From a virus (taxonomy: Duplodnaviria; Caudoviricetes), in the IMG/VR virus record IMGVR_UViG_3300027759_000044: DNA of 64,000 nt. One strand, given 5' to 3'. Both the position numbers and the translations under genes were made by a program. Shown one piece after another: positions 36,035 through 45,612 of the stretch. Numbering within the stretch: the stretch's first letter is position 1; every line of letters starts with the position of its first letter. Under the pieces are notes generated by a model that saw only the letters and a list, made by a program, of their open reading frames with translations, searched no databases and was not told the origin of the DNA.

Positions 36035-37531
36035 ATGGCATTACCAGGCATACAAATAGGTCCAGGCATTGATATAGGAGCTGGTATTTTAATACAACAA
36101 GCTCCTAGTGGTAGTTCTCCGGTTAATACCGTAGCACCGGTTGTAAGTGGTACACCAAATTTTGGTCAAACACTATCAACTACTAATGGCACTTGGACTG
36201 GCACAGCTACAATAACTTTCACATATCAATGGCAACGAAATGGTACTAATATAGGAAGTGCAACGTCTAGTAGCTATACTTTAGTAGCCGCAGATGTAGG
36301 TAATCCAATCAGATGCGTAGTAACTGGTACTAACGGCATTGGTAATTCATCTGCTAATTCTAATGCCACAGCTAATGTATCAGCTATAGCCCCAGATGCG
36401 CCAACTATAGGTACAGCTACAGCTACAGGGTCAACCACAGCAACAGTAGCATATACAGCTCCGGCAAGTAATGGTGGTGCCACTATTACAACATATACAG
36501 CAACAAGTAGTCCAGGTAGCATCACTGGTACATTAAGCCAAGCAGGTAGTGGAACCATCACTGTTTCTGGATTAACAGCAAGCACAAGTTATACATTTAC
36601 AGTTACTGCTACAAATAGTATTGGTACAAGTAGCCCAAGTGCTGCAAGTAATAGTATTACAACATCAGCACCGGCAGCCCCATCAACAGTTGATTACCTT
36701 GTAGTTGCAGGCGGCGGTGGAGGTAACACTAATGATGGTGGTGGTGGTGGCGCCGGTGGATTTAGATATGGTACTTCTTTCTCTATTGGATCTTCATTTA
36801 CTGTAACAGTTGGCGGTGGTGGCGCGGCTCAAACAGGACAAGCAAGTTATGGTAATGCTGGGTCAAATTCAGTATTTTCAAGTATTACGTCAGCCGGCGG
36901 CGGTGCTGGCGGTTCTGGTCAAGGCGGTGGAAATTGGAAAAACGGTGGTGATGGCGGCTCTGGTGGCGGAGGCGGAAACGGTGGCGGAGATAGTTCCGTA
37001 GGAGGCGCCGGCAATACACCAAGCACAAGCCCATCTCAAGGTTTTGGCGGCGGTGCTGGAAGTGGTACTGGTCCAGCTTATCCTGGTGGCGGAGGTGGAG
37101 GAGCTAGTGCGGTTGGGGGTAATGGTCAAGCTCCAAATGGCCCCGGAGGTTCTGGTGGTGCAGGTTCTGTTAACCCAATTACAGGATCAACAACAGGTCA
37201 ATTAAGTGGCGGTAATTACTATTTAGCCGGCGGTGGCGGTGGCGGTGTTGATAATGGCGCGACTCCAGCGGCCGGCGGACTTGGAGGAGGCGGTACAGGA
37301 GGAAATAATGGTACTGCTGCCACAAATGGAACTGCCAATACTGGCGGTGGCGCCGGATCATCAGGTAGATCCACTACAGGTAGTGGTGGCTCTGGTGTTG
37401 TTATTATTGCCTATCCATCTTCATATGCTGACCTTACAACAATTGGTGGTGGTCTAACTTATGCTAAAACAACATCAGGTGGAAACACTATATATACATT
37501 TACAGCTGGAACAGGAACAGTTACGGTGTAA
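36035..37531 (+). CDS. Gly-rich fibre/adhesin: Ig-like + FN3 + polyglycine domain
   Basis: PVNTVAPVVSG Ig module, PDAPTIG...YTFTVTATN FN3, DYLVVAGGGG and GGGG motifs. Confidence 0.75.
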   Translation: MALPGIQIGPGIDIGAGILIQQAPSGSSPVNTVAPVVSGTPNFGQTLSTTNGTWTGTATITFTYQWQRNGTNIGSATSSSYTLVAADVGNPIRCVVTGTNGIGNSSANSNATANVSAIAPDAPTIGTATATGSTTATVAYTAPASNGGATITTYTATSSPGSITGTLSQAGSGTITVSGLTASTSYTFTVTATNSIGTSSPSAASNSITTSAPAAPSTVDYLVVAGGGGGNTNDGGGGGAGGFRYGTSFSIGSSFTVTVGGGGAAQTGQASYGNAGSNSVFSSITSAGGGAGGSGQGGGNWKNGGDGGSGGGGGNGGGDSSVGGAGNTPSTSPSQGFGGGAGSGTGPAYPGGGGGGASAVGGNGQAPNGPGGSGGAGSVNPITGSTTGQLSGGNYYLAGGGGGGVDNGATPAAGGLGGGGTGGNNGTAATNGTANTGGGAGSSGRSTTGSGGSGVVIIAYPSSYADLTTIGGGLTYAKTTSGGNTIYTFTAGTGTVTV

Positions 37532-37687
37532 TTAAAGTCGGCATAAATAATATTAATATATATTGGAAATAATAATATGGCAGTGACAATAGGCGGAAAC
37601 ATAACAATAGGTGGTGGTATTACTCTAATACCAGAATCAAGCACAAGTCCCCCAGTTAATACCGTAGCACCGGTTGTAAGTGGTACA
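36122..37687 (+). repeat. 33-bp identical direct repeat at the start of Ig modules of fibre paralogues
   Basis: GTTAATACCGTAGCACCGGTTGTAAGTGGTACA at 36122-36154 and 37655-37687. Confidence 0.8.
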
Positions 37688-38965
37688 GCTAATTTTGGTC
37701 AAACACTATCAACTACTGATGGTACTTGGACTGGCACAGCTACAATAACATTTACATATCAATGGCAACGCAATGGAGTTAATATAGGAAGTGCTACTGC
37801 TAGCACATATACATTAGTAGCTGCAGATGTGGGTAATCCAATTAGATGTGTAGTAACTGGTACAAATGGTATTGGTAACTCATCTGCTAATTCTAATGCT
37901 ACATCTAATGTATCAGCAATTTCACCAGGAGCTCCTACAATAGGTACAGCCACAGCTACAGGTGCTACTACTGCAACTGTATCATATACCGCTCCAGCAA
38001 GTAATGGCGGTGCTACTATTACAACATACACAGCAACAAGCAGTCCTGGTGGCATCACCGGTACATTAAGCCAAGCAGGTAGTGGTACTATTAATGTTAC
38101 TGGATTAACAGCTGGTACAAGTTACACATTTACTGTTACTGCTACTAACAGTGTTGGTACTGGTTCAGCTAGTGCATCAAGTAATAGCATTACGACAGAT
38201 GCCGCATTTAGTTATCTTGTTGTTGCGGGCGGCGGTGGAGGATCCGGTGGCGGTGGTGGTGCAGGTGGTATGCTAACTGGTACAGCTACATTCTCTGGTT
38301 CCTATACAGTCACCGTGGGCGCAGGCGGTAGTGCTGGCACGCAAACTAGCGGAAATGCTTCTCCTGGAACTAATTCAATTATAACTGGGTATACCGCAGT
38401 TGGCGGTGGATATGGTGCTGGAGCTTATGCAGTAGTTAACGGTGGTTCTGGTGGCTCTGGTGGCGGTGGTTCAATTGGTTCTTTTATTATAGGAGTAGGA
38501 GCAGGAGGTACTGCAACAGCAGGACAAGGTTATGCAGGCGGATCAGGCACTGCAACAACTACCGCATATGGCTGGCTTTCTGGTGGCGGTGGTGGTGCTG
38601 GCGGGGTAGGTGCTAGTACCCAAGATATTGATACTGGTGCTGTAGGAGGTGGTGCGGGTGGTGCCGGCTTAGCATCATCTATTACAGGATCTTCTGTTAC
38701 CTATGCTGCTGGAGGTAAAGGCTATTGGTCTACCGGTGTCACCGGAGATGCCACAGCAAATTCAGGAAACGGCGGAGGTGGTTCAAGAACTTTTCAGGCG
38801 GCAAGTGCTGGATGGAACGGAGGCTCTGGTGTAGTAATTATTGCTTACCCAGATAGTTATCCAGCTATCTCCTCAATTGGAGGTGGTTTAACATACACCC
38901 AACCATCTAGAGCTGGTTACCGAGTGTATAGATTTACTGCTGGTACAGGAACTATTACTTTCTAA
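37577..38965 (+). CDS. Gly-rich fibre/adhesin paralogue (Ig + FN3 + polyglycine)
   Basis: Same architecture; ATAAATA at 37543-37549. Confidence 0.75.
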   Translation: MAVTIGGNITIGGGITLIPESSTSPPVNTVAPVVSGTANFGQTLSTTDGTWTGTATITFTYQWQRNGVNIGSATASTYTLVAADVGNPIRCVVTGTNGIGNSSANSNATSNVSAISPGAPTIGTATATGATTATVSYTAPASNGGATITTYTATSSPGGITGTLSQAGSGTINVTGLTAGTSYTFTVTATNSVGTGSASASSNSITTDAAFSYLVVAGGGGGSGGGGGAGGMLTGTATFSGSYTVTVGAGGSAGTQTSGNASPGTNSIITGYTAVGGGYGAGAYAVVNGGSGGSGGGGSIGSFIIGVGAGGTATAGQGYAGGSGTATTTAYGWLSGGGGGAGGVGASTQDIDTGAVGGGAGGAGLASSITGSSVTYAAGGKGYWSTGVTGDATANSGNGGGGSRTFQAASAGWNGGSGVVIIAYPDSYPAISSIGGGLTYTQPSRAGYRVYRFTAGTGTITF

Positions 38966-39003
38966 AGTTAACATAAATATAAATATATAATAGGAATAAT
39001 AGC

Positions 39004-40212
39004 ATGGCATTACAAATAGGTGGAAATATTGTTATTGGTGGTAATATCACACTTCAAATAGAGTCTGGTGTTACGGTGCCAGGTGCTCCTACAATAGGTA
39101 CAGCTACAGCTACAGGTGCATCAACAGCCACAGTAGCATTTACTGCTCCAGCAAGTAATGGTAATGCCACGATTACAACGTATACAGCGACAAGTAGTCC
39201 TGGCGGTATCACTGGTACACTAAGTCAAGCAGGTAGTGGTACTATTAATGTTACTGGATTAAGTCCAAGTACAAGTTATACATTTACTGTAACTGCTACT
39301 AATAGTGTTGGTACAGGTAGTCCAAGTTCGGCAAGCAATAGCATAACTACTGCAGCATTAAGTGCTTCAATTCAATATTTAGTAGTTGCAGGAGGCGGTG
39401 GATCAGCCGGCAGTGGTAGTGTCAATCCAGGTGGCGGCGGAGCCGGCGGATTTAGATCATCTACTCTTTCGGCATCTTTAAGCACAAATTACACAGTAAC
39501 CGTAGGTGGCGGAGGAGCCGGAGTACCTAATAATAGTCAGAGTGATGGATCACCTGGTTCTAACTCAGTATTCAGCTCTATAACTTCTGCAGGTGGAGGT
39601 GGTGCTAATGGATTTAACACTGCTACCGGCGGTAGCGGTGGTTCTGGCTCCGGCGGTTTTGGCTCTGGAGGTGGCGGTTCAACTAAAGGTTTTGGTAATA
39701 CTCCAAGCACAAGTCCTTCACAAGGTAATGACGGTGGTAATGGGGGCGGTTCTCCATACTATGGAGGTGGAGGTGGAGGTGCAGGAGGTGCAGGCTCTAA
39801 TGGCGGATCAAGCGTAGGAAATGGTGGTATTGGAGCAGCCAATCCAATTGCAGGATCAACGACAGGTGAATTCTCTGGTGGACAATATTACCTAGCTGGT
39901 GGTGGCGGTTCTGGTAGTAATGGACCAACTGCATCAGCCGGTGGTCTTGGTGGTGGTGGGTACGGTAGTAATGGATCAGCAGTTGCGGCTGCAGGAGCAA
40001 CTAACACCGGAGGTGGCGGGGGCGGAGGTACTAATGTCGGAAGTCCTTATGATCAAGGTAAAGCCGGCGGATCAGGTGTTGTTGTACTTAAATATCCAGA
40101 TACTTATACAATTACAGTTGGCGGCGGGCTAACAAGCTCAACATCTTCACCATCAGGTGGATACAAAATAACAACATTTACTGCCGGAACAGGCAACGTA
40201 CAATGGAATTAA
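39004..40212 (+). CDS. Gly-rich fibre/adhesin paralogue (FN3 + polyglycine, no Ig module)
   Basis: FN3 module directly after the N-terminal IG repeat; TATAAATA at 38978-38985. Confidence 0.75.
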   Translation: MALQIGGNIVIGGNITLQIESGVTVPGAPTIGTATATGASTATVAFTAPASNGNATITTYTATSSPGGITGTLSQAGSGTINVTGLSPSTSYTFTVTATNSVGTGSPSSASNSITTAALSASIQYLVVAGGGGSAGSGSVNPGGGGAGGFRSSTLSASLSTNYTVTVGGGGAGVPNNSQSDGSPGSNSVFSSITSAGGGGANGFNTATGGSGGSGSGGFGSGGGGSTKGFGNTPSTSPSQGNDGGNGGGSPYYGGGGGGAGGAGSNGGSSVGNGGIGAANPIAGSTTGEFSGGQYYLAGGGGSGSNGPTASAGGLGGGGYGSNGSAVAAAGATNTGGGGGGGTNVGSPYDQGKAGGSGVVVLKYPDTYTITVGGGLTSSTSSPSGGYKITTFTAGTGNVQWN

Positions 40213-40228
40213 TTAAAAAGGAAAAAAT

Positions 40229-40594
40229 ATGGCACATTACGCATTCTTAGATGAAAACAAAATCGTTACTGAAGTTATAGTAGGTAAAGATGAAGGTGAA
40301 AACGGTATTGATTGGGAACAACACTACGGTGACTTCCGAGGTCAAACTTGTAAACGCACAAGCTACAACACTTATGGAGGTGTTCATTTAAACAGTGGCA
40401 CACCATTACGTAAGAATTATGCAGGTATAGGCTACACATATGATGAAACACTTGATGCTTTTATACCTCCCAAACCATTTGCATCTTGGACATTAAACGA
40501 AACTAGTTGTTTGTGGGAAGCACCCACACCAATGCCAACAGATGATAAAATGTATCGTTGGGATGAAGAAACAATGTCTTGGCTTGAAATATAA
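40229..40594 (+). CDS. putative fibre assembly/chaperone-like protein
   Basis: MAHYAFLDEN.IVTEVIV, RKNYAGIG, W.APTPMP..W motifs, recalled as accompanying Gly-rich phage fibres. Confidence 0.55.
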   Translation: MAHYAFLDENKIVTEVIVGKDEGENGIDWEQHYGDFRGQTCKRTSYNTYGGVHLNSGTPLRKNYAGIGYTYDETLDAFIPPKPFASWTLNETSCLWEAPTPMPTDDKMYRWDEETMSWLEI

Positions 40595-40610
40595 TAATTA
40601 AGGTAGTAGT

Positions 40611-42059
40611 ATGGCATTAGAAATAGGCACCGGAATCACGATAGGTACTGGTATTACATTACAAATTGAAACAGGCGGTTCAGCTCCAGTTAACACAGTG
40701 GCACCTGTTGTTAGTGGTACAGCTACTGTTGGTCAAACATTATCAACTACTAATGGTACTTGGACTGGTACAGCCACAATAACATTTACATATCAATGGC
40801 AACGAAATGGTACTAATATAGGAAGTGCAACGTCTAGTAACTACACATTAGTAAATGCTGATGCTGGTAATCCAATTAGATGTGTAGTAACTGGTACAAA
40901 TGGTATTGGTAATTCATCTGCTAACTCTAATGCTACAGCTAATGTATCTGCTATTGCTCCCGGAGCTCCAACTATAGGTGCAGCCACAGCTACAGGATCA
41001 ACAACAGCCACAGTAGCATATACAGCTCCAGCAAGTAATGGCGGTGCCACTATTACAACATATACCGCAACAAGCAGTCCTGGTGGCATCACCGGTACAC
41101 TAAGTCAAGCAGGTAGTGGTACTATTACAGTTTCAGGATTAAGTGGAAGTACAAGTTACACATTTACCGTAACAGCAACTAACAGTGCTGGTACAGGTAG
41201 TCCAAGTAGTGCAAGTAATAGCATTACAACATCAACACCGGTAGCAACATCATCTGTTGATTATCTTGTTGTTGCAGGTGGCGGAGGATGTGCTGGTCCA
41301 TATCACGGAGGTGGCGGCGGTGCGGGAGGTTTATATTATGCTTCTGGATTCTCTGTTAGTGGCGGAGTTAACGTAACTGTTGGTGCAGGCGGTGCTGGTT
41401 CTGTAAATGGAAGTAGCAGTACATTTTCATCAGTTACTGCTTCAGGAGGAGGAGGAGCATATGCTGATGCTAATGGCTTGAACGGTGGTAGCGGTGGTGG
41501 TGCCGGTGGCTATCAAGAGATTGGTGGTAGCGGTATTGCTGGACAAGGATATGCCGGTGGTAATTCTAATGTAACCAATGGTACTAATGCTCGTGGTGGC
41601 GGAGGAGGTGGAGGTGCAGGCGGAGTAGGTGGTAATTTAATTCCTAATGCATCAAATACACCTACACAATATGCGGGTAATGGCGGTGTAGGACTTGCTT
41701 TAAGCATTACTGGAACATCTGTTTACTATGCAGGAGGTGGTGGTGCCGGAGCCGACTACGTTACTTGGAATACAGTTAAAGGTACCGGTGGTTTAGGTGG
41801 AGGCGGTGATGGTGGCCAACAAGGCGGAGCAGGATCCTCAACACCCACAAACGGAACTGCAAATACAGGAGGAGGTGCCGGTGGTGTAAGCCCTGCTTTA
41901 ACATCAGTTAACGGTGGCTCTGGTGTTGTGATTATTGCTTATCCATCAAGCTACCGAGATTTGTCAGGTATTGATGCTGGACTAACTTATACCAAAACTA
42001 CTTCAGGTGGAAACACAATTTACAAATTTACTGCTGGTACCGGAAGTATTACTTTCTAA
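40611..42059 (+). CDS. Gly-rich fibre/adhesin paralogue (Ig + FN3 + polyglycine)
   Basis: Same architecture as 36035..37531. Confidence 0.75.
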   Translation: MALEIGTGITIGTGITLQIETGGSAPVNTVAPVVSGTATVGQTLSTTNGTWTGTATITFTYQWQRNGTNIGSATSSNYTLVNADAGNPIRCVVTGTNGIGNSSANSNATANVSAIAPGAPTIGAATATGSTTATVAYTAPASNGGATITTYTATSSPGGITGTLSQAGSGTITVSGLSGSTSYTFTVTATNSAGTGSPSSASNSITTSTPVATSSVDYLVVAGGGGCAGPYHGGGGGAGGLYYASGFSVSGGVNVTVGAGGAGSVNGSSSTFSSVTASGGGGAYADANGLNGGSGGGAGGYQEIGGSGIAGQGYAGGNSNVTNGTNARGGGGGGGAGGVGGNLIPNASNTPTQYAGNGGVGLALSITGTSVYYAGGGGAGADYVTWNTVKGTGGLGGGGDGGQQGGAGSSTPTNGTANTGGGAGGVSPALTSVNGGSGVVIIAYPSSYRDLSGIDAGLTYTKTTSGGNTIYKFTAGTGSITF

Positions 42060-42086
42060 AAATTAAACACCGGTAGTGTAATTTAA

Positions 42087-42110
42087 TAAAAAGGCTCTCA
42101 GGAGCCTTTT
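42087..42110. terminator. bidirectional terminator, copy 2 of the 24-bp identical repeat
   Basis: TAAAAAGGCTCTCAGGAGCCTTTT. Confidence 0.8.
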
Positions 42111-42113
42111 TTG

Positions 42114-42142
42114 TTGACATAAATTACATTCTCTGTTATACT
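42114..42142 (+). promoter_or_regulatory. sigma70-type early promoter
   Basis: TTGACA-17 nt-TATACT; ATG follows 6 nt after the -10. Confidence 0.75.
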
Positions 42143-42148
42143 CATCAT

Positions 42149-42403
42149 ATGAAAATAGAACGTGCTTTAGATTGGAATCAAGTTAGTAGTAACTTATCAA
42201 GTCAAATGAATGGGATTGGCTACAACCCCGACCTACATCGTATGTATAAAAACATTGACAAAATGGTCACAGAATTAAGCAAACTAGAAGTCAATCTACG
42301 TAGAACGGGTAAGTTTGAAATGTTAAACGATAGAGTTACCAAAATCAATAACGCTATCAATCACTTGGAAAAGTTAGTATTGATGGCTAATCTAATGAAG
42401 TAA
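42149..42403 (+). CDS. hypothetical early protein
   Basis: 84-aa helical ORF. Confidence 0.7.
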   Translation: MKIERALDWNQVSSNLSSQMNGIGYNPDLHRMYKNIDKMVTELSKLEVNLRRTGKFEMLNDRVTKINNAINHLEKLVLMANLMK

Positions 42404-42404
42404 T

Positions 42405-42433
42405 TTGACAATAATTGGATTTGGGTATATAAT
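42405..42433 (+). promoter_or_regulatory. sigma70-type early promoter
   Basis: TTGACA-17 nt-TATAAT (perfect consensus). Confidence 0.8.
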
Positions 42434-42460
42434 AGAGTCTTATTCAGTCAAAAGGTATCT

Positions 42461-42715
42461 ATGAAATTCAATGCAAATGCAGTTAGTACTTTGTACTTCA
42501 GAGTCTCAATGAAAAAACGGCCCTATAGTGATGAAGAAATTTGTTTATTAATCTCAGCAAGTGATTATACAAAAACAAATAATAAAGGTAAACTTTTATT
42601 AGGTAAAACTCTCTATTTTAGAGAATTACCATTAACTACTGAACAAACTATTATTGATTCTCATATTGAGCAAATTGCCAGAATCAATAATTTTTCTTCT
42701 ACACAAGTTTTGTAA
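42461..42715 (+). CDS. hypothetical early protein
   Basis: 84-aa ORF with AAAGG SD. Confidence 0.65.
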   Translation: MKFNANAVSTLYFRVSMKKRPYSDEEICLLISASDYTKTNNKGKLLLGKTLYFRELPLTTEQTIIDSHIEQIARINNFSSTQVL

Positions 42716-42722
42716 TCAAAAT

Positions 42723-42751
42723 TTGACAATAAATCCAATTAGTGATACAAT
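42723..42751 (+). promoter_or_regulatory. sigma70-type early promoter
   Basis: TTGACA-17 nt-TACAAT. Confidence 0.75.
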
Positions 42752-42825
42752 ACACAAATTGAACAATATAAAACTGACTAGTTAATCAAATGGGTAGTTG
42801 TTGTAAATAAACAACAACACAAAAT

Positions 42826-42854
42826 TTGACAATAAATCAGTTTTATACTATACT
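42826..42854 (+). promoter_or_regulatory. sigma70-type early promoter
   Basis: TTGACA-17 nt-TATACT; shares CAAAATTTGACAATAAATC with 42717-42735. Confidence 0.75.
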
Positions 42855-42888
42855 TCATACATATTAAATTTTTCAACAGGAGCATCTA

Positions 42889-43989
42889 ATGGCATCAGTA
42901 TCAGACAATCTCACTATCACTAGTGTACAAACTCGCAAGGCAATGCTTAAAGCATTCAAAGCGAAACGCCCGCTTTTCTTGTGGGGCCCGCCCGGTATCG
43001 GTAAATCAGAAGTTGTAGCAGAAGTTACTGAAGAACTAGGTGGCTTTATGATTGACTTGCGTATGGCACAAATGGAGCCTACAGATATTCGCGGTATCCC
43101 ATTCTTTAATAAAGATATTAATAAAATGGACTGGGCGGCACCTGTTGACTTGCCTGACGAGGACCTAGCAAGTCAGTACCCGATCGTTGTTCTATTCTTA
43201 GATGAAATGAATTCAGCAAGTCCCGCAGTACAAGCGGCCGGCTATCAGTTGATTTTGAATCGTAGAGTTGGTAAGTATAAGTTACCTGACAATGTTGTTA
43301 TCGTTGCGGCAGGCAATCGTGACTCTGACAAAGGTGTTACATATCGTATGCCAATGCCCCTCGCTAATCGTTTCTTACACTTAGAAATGAGAGCAGATTT
43401 TACATCATGGCAGAATTGGGCTGTTAACAAAGGTATTCACAAAGACGTTGTGGGTTACTTGTCATTTGCTAAACAAGATTTGTACGATTTTGATGCTAAA
43501 TCGTCAAGTAGAGCATTCGCTACACCTCGCACATGGTGTTTCGTTAGTGATTTGTTGAATGATGAAAACGATACAGATAGCGATACATTGTTCAATTTGA
43601 TTTCAGGTGCTGTTGGTGAAGGTCTTGCTGTTAAGTTTGCGGCACATCGTAAAGTAGCAGGTCGTATGCCCGAACCCTCAGATATTTTGTCAGGTAAAGT
43701 TAAGGACCTCGCAGTTAAAGAAATTTCTGCTATGTACTCACTTACAATTTCAATGTGTTATGAATTGCGTGATGCACTAGAGACAAAGAAAGTTTCTAGT
43801 AAAGAGTTCCACACAATGGCTGATAATTTCTTCAGTTACATTATGGCAAACTTTGAGACTGAACTAGTTGTTATGGGTGCCAAGATTGCGCTTAAGACAT
43901 ACAAGTTACCAATTGAACCTAGTCAGTTGAAGAACTTTGATGACTTTCATAAGAAATACGGCAAGTACATTGTAGACGCAGGTAATTAA
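42889..43989 (+). CDS. MoxR-like AAA+ ATPase
   Basis: Walker A GPPGIGKS, Walker B LFLDE, AAGNR, PLANRF. Confidence 0.88.
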   Translation: MASVSDNLTITSVQTRKAMLKAFKAKRPLFLWGPPGIGKSEVVAEVTEELGGFMIDLRMAQMEPTDIRGIPFFNKDINKMDWAAPVDLPDEDLASQYPIVVLFLDEMNSASPAVQAAGYQLILNRRVGKYKLPDNVVIVAAGNRDSDKGVTYRMPMPLANRFLHLEMRADFTSWQNWAVNKGIHKDVVGYLSFAKQDLYDFDAKSSSRAFATPRTWCFVSDLLNDENDTDSDTLFNLISGAVGEGLAVKFAAHRKVAGRMPEPSDILSGKVKDLAVKEISAMYSLTISMCYELRDALETKKVSSKEFHTMADNFFSYIMANFETELVVMGAKIALKTYKLPIEPSQLKNFDDFHKKYGKYIVDAGN

Positions 43990-43990
43990 T

Positions 43991-44155
43991 ATGGCAACAA
44001 AGATTTTAACTGGCAAGAAGTATTTCTACGCAATGGGTCAAAGTGCCCGTGATCGTGGATTGAACAAAAGTGAAGCGGAGGAACTGTACACTAAAGGTGC
44101 GGATCCTTACGCAAGGATTTACTTTGATAAAGGTTATCGCAAACTATCAATGTAA
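43991..44155 (+). CDS. 54-aa hypothetical protein missing from the ORF track
   Basis: MATKILTGKKYFYAMGQSARDRG...DKGYRKLSM, directly after the AAA+ gene. Confidence 0.55.
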   Translation: MATKILTGKKYFYAMGQSARDRGLNKSEAEELYTKGADPYARIYFDKGYRKLSM

Positions 44156-44157
44156 TT

Positions 44158-44186
44158 TTGACAGTAAATCACTAGTGTGTTACAAT
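44158..44186 (+). promoter_or_regulatory. sigma70-type early promoter
   Basis: TTGACA-17 nt-TACAAT. Confidence 0.75.
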
Positions 44187-44212
44187 ACATACTTAACTAA
44201 CAAAGGACCAAT

Positions 44213-45499
44213 ATGAGTGAAGTAATTAATCCCAGTAAGAAACGTAGTCGCAGTAAGAAATTTGAGAATCTTGTAGGACCTACAGATAGTAAGATTGACC
44301 ATCAAGCACGTGAAAAATTAGTTACCGCACGTATTGGTCTATTGTTGCGTCATAGTTTTTTTGGCAATCTTGCTACACGTATGCAATTGATTAATGCTGA
44401 TCTATGGTGTAGTACAGCGGCAACTGATGGATTGAAATTCTATTACAATAGTCGTTTCATTATGATGTTGAAGCCTAAAGAAGTTGAATTCTTAGTTGGC
44501 CATGAAGTGTTACACGTTGTTTACGATCACATGGGTCGTAGAGGTAATCGTGATCCCGAAATCTGGAACATTGCTGATGACTATGCTGTCAATGCTGATT
44601 TGAAACGTCACAAAGTGGGTGAGTTTATTAAGACAGTACCTTGCTTGTATGAGCAGAAGTATGATGGTAAAGCCGCAGAAGAAATCTATGATGATTTGAT
44701 GAAGAATGTTCAGAAAATCTCTATTGATGATTTACTAGACCAGATGATTGACGATCACATGGATGATGAAGGTGATGGAGATGGTGATCAAGAAGGTGAA
44801 GGTAACAAAAAAGGCAAGCGTCCTTCAATGAGTCCTGAAGAACGTGAACGTGTGCGTCAGGAAGTTAAGCAAGCAATTATCAATGCCGCAAGTAGTGCTG
44901 AAGCAGGTTCATTGCCCTTAGGTGTTGAGCGACTGATTAAACAACATACTAACCCAGTTATGCCTTGGCGTGAACTGATTCAAACTAATTTGACAAGTGC
45001 TATTCGCACAGATTATTCTTGGATGCGTCCCTCACGTAGAGGTTGGCATATGGATGCTATCATGCCCGGCATGAATCCCGGTGAAGAAATTGATGTTGTT
45101 ATTGCTATTGATATGTCAGGTAGTATTAGCAATAGTCAAGCACAAGCATTCTTGGGTGAGATCGGTGGCATGATGAATAGCTTTGATGGTTACAAGGTCC
45201 ACGTATTTTGTTTTGATACTGAGACATATAACCCGAAAGATTTCAGTAGTGAGAACATGGACCTCATTGATGAGTATGAGCCAATGGGCGGTGGTGGTAC
45301 TGACTTTGATTGTATCTTTACGTACTTGAAAGATATCGGTAATGTACCTAAACGATTGATTGTATTCACCGATGGTTATCCTTTTGGTAGTTGGGGTGAT
45401 GCTGATTACTGTGATACAACATGGATCATTCATGGTGACAAAAATCCCAATCCCCCTTTCGGTACTTATGCAATTTATGATGAGCCGGTAACAGCATGA
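44213..45499 (+). CDS. metallopeptidase-like + VWA-domain protein (DUF2201-like), MoxR partner
   Basis: HEVLH (HExxH), MIDAS-like IDMSGS, GGGGTDF, VFTDG. Confidence 0.82.
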   Translation: MSEVINPSKKRSRSKKFENLVGPTDSKIDHQAREKLVTARIGLLLRHSFFGNLATRMQLINADLWCSTAATDGLKFYYNSRFIMMLKPKEVEFLVGHEVLHVVYDHMGRRGNRDPEIWNIADDYAVNADLKRHKVGEFIKTVPCLYEQKYDGKAAEEIYDDLMKNVQKISIDDLLDQMIDDHMDDEGDGDGDQEGEGNKKGKRPSMSPEERERVRQEVKQAIINAASSAEAGSLPLGVERLIKQHTNPVMPWRELIQTNLTSAIRTDYSWMRPSRRGWHMDAIMPGMNPGEEIDVVIAIDMSGSISNSQAQAFLGEIGGMMNSFDGYKVHVFCFDTETYNPKDFSSENMDLIDEYEPMGGGGTDFDCIFTYLKDIGNVPKRLIVFTDGYPFGSWGDADYCDTTWIIHGDKNPNPPFGTYAIYDEPVTA

Positions 45500-45612
45500 T
45501 ATTAGATATACTTGGCTATGGGTTTATAGTATTAGTACTAGGAATAGTCTTGTATATTTTTATTAGACTACTCACCGGAGCATTAGAAACATTATCAAAA
45601 CATGATGACTAA
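45496..45612 (+). CDS. 38-aa single-TM peptide missing from the ORF track
   Basis: MILDILGYGFIVLVLGIVLYIFIRLLTGALETLSKHDD; ATGA overlap. Confidence 0.45.
   Translation: MILDILGYGFIVLVLGIVLYIFIRLLTGALETLSKHDD

Noticed and set aside
36035-42059. Diversity-generating retroelement acting on the fibre genes
   Set aside because: No RT or accessory gene, and differences between paralogues are not adenine-specific
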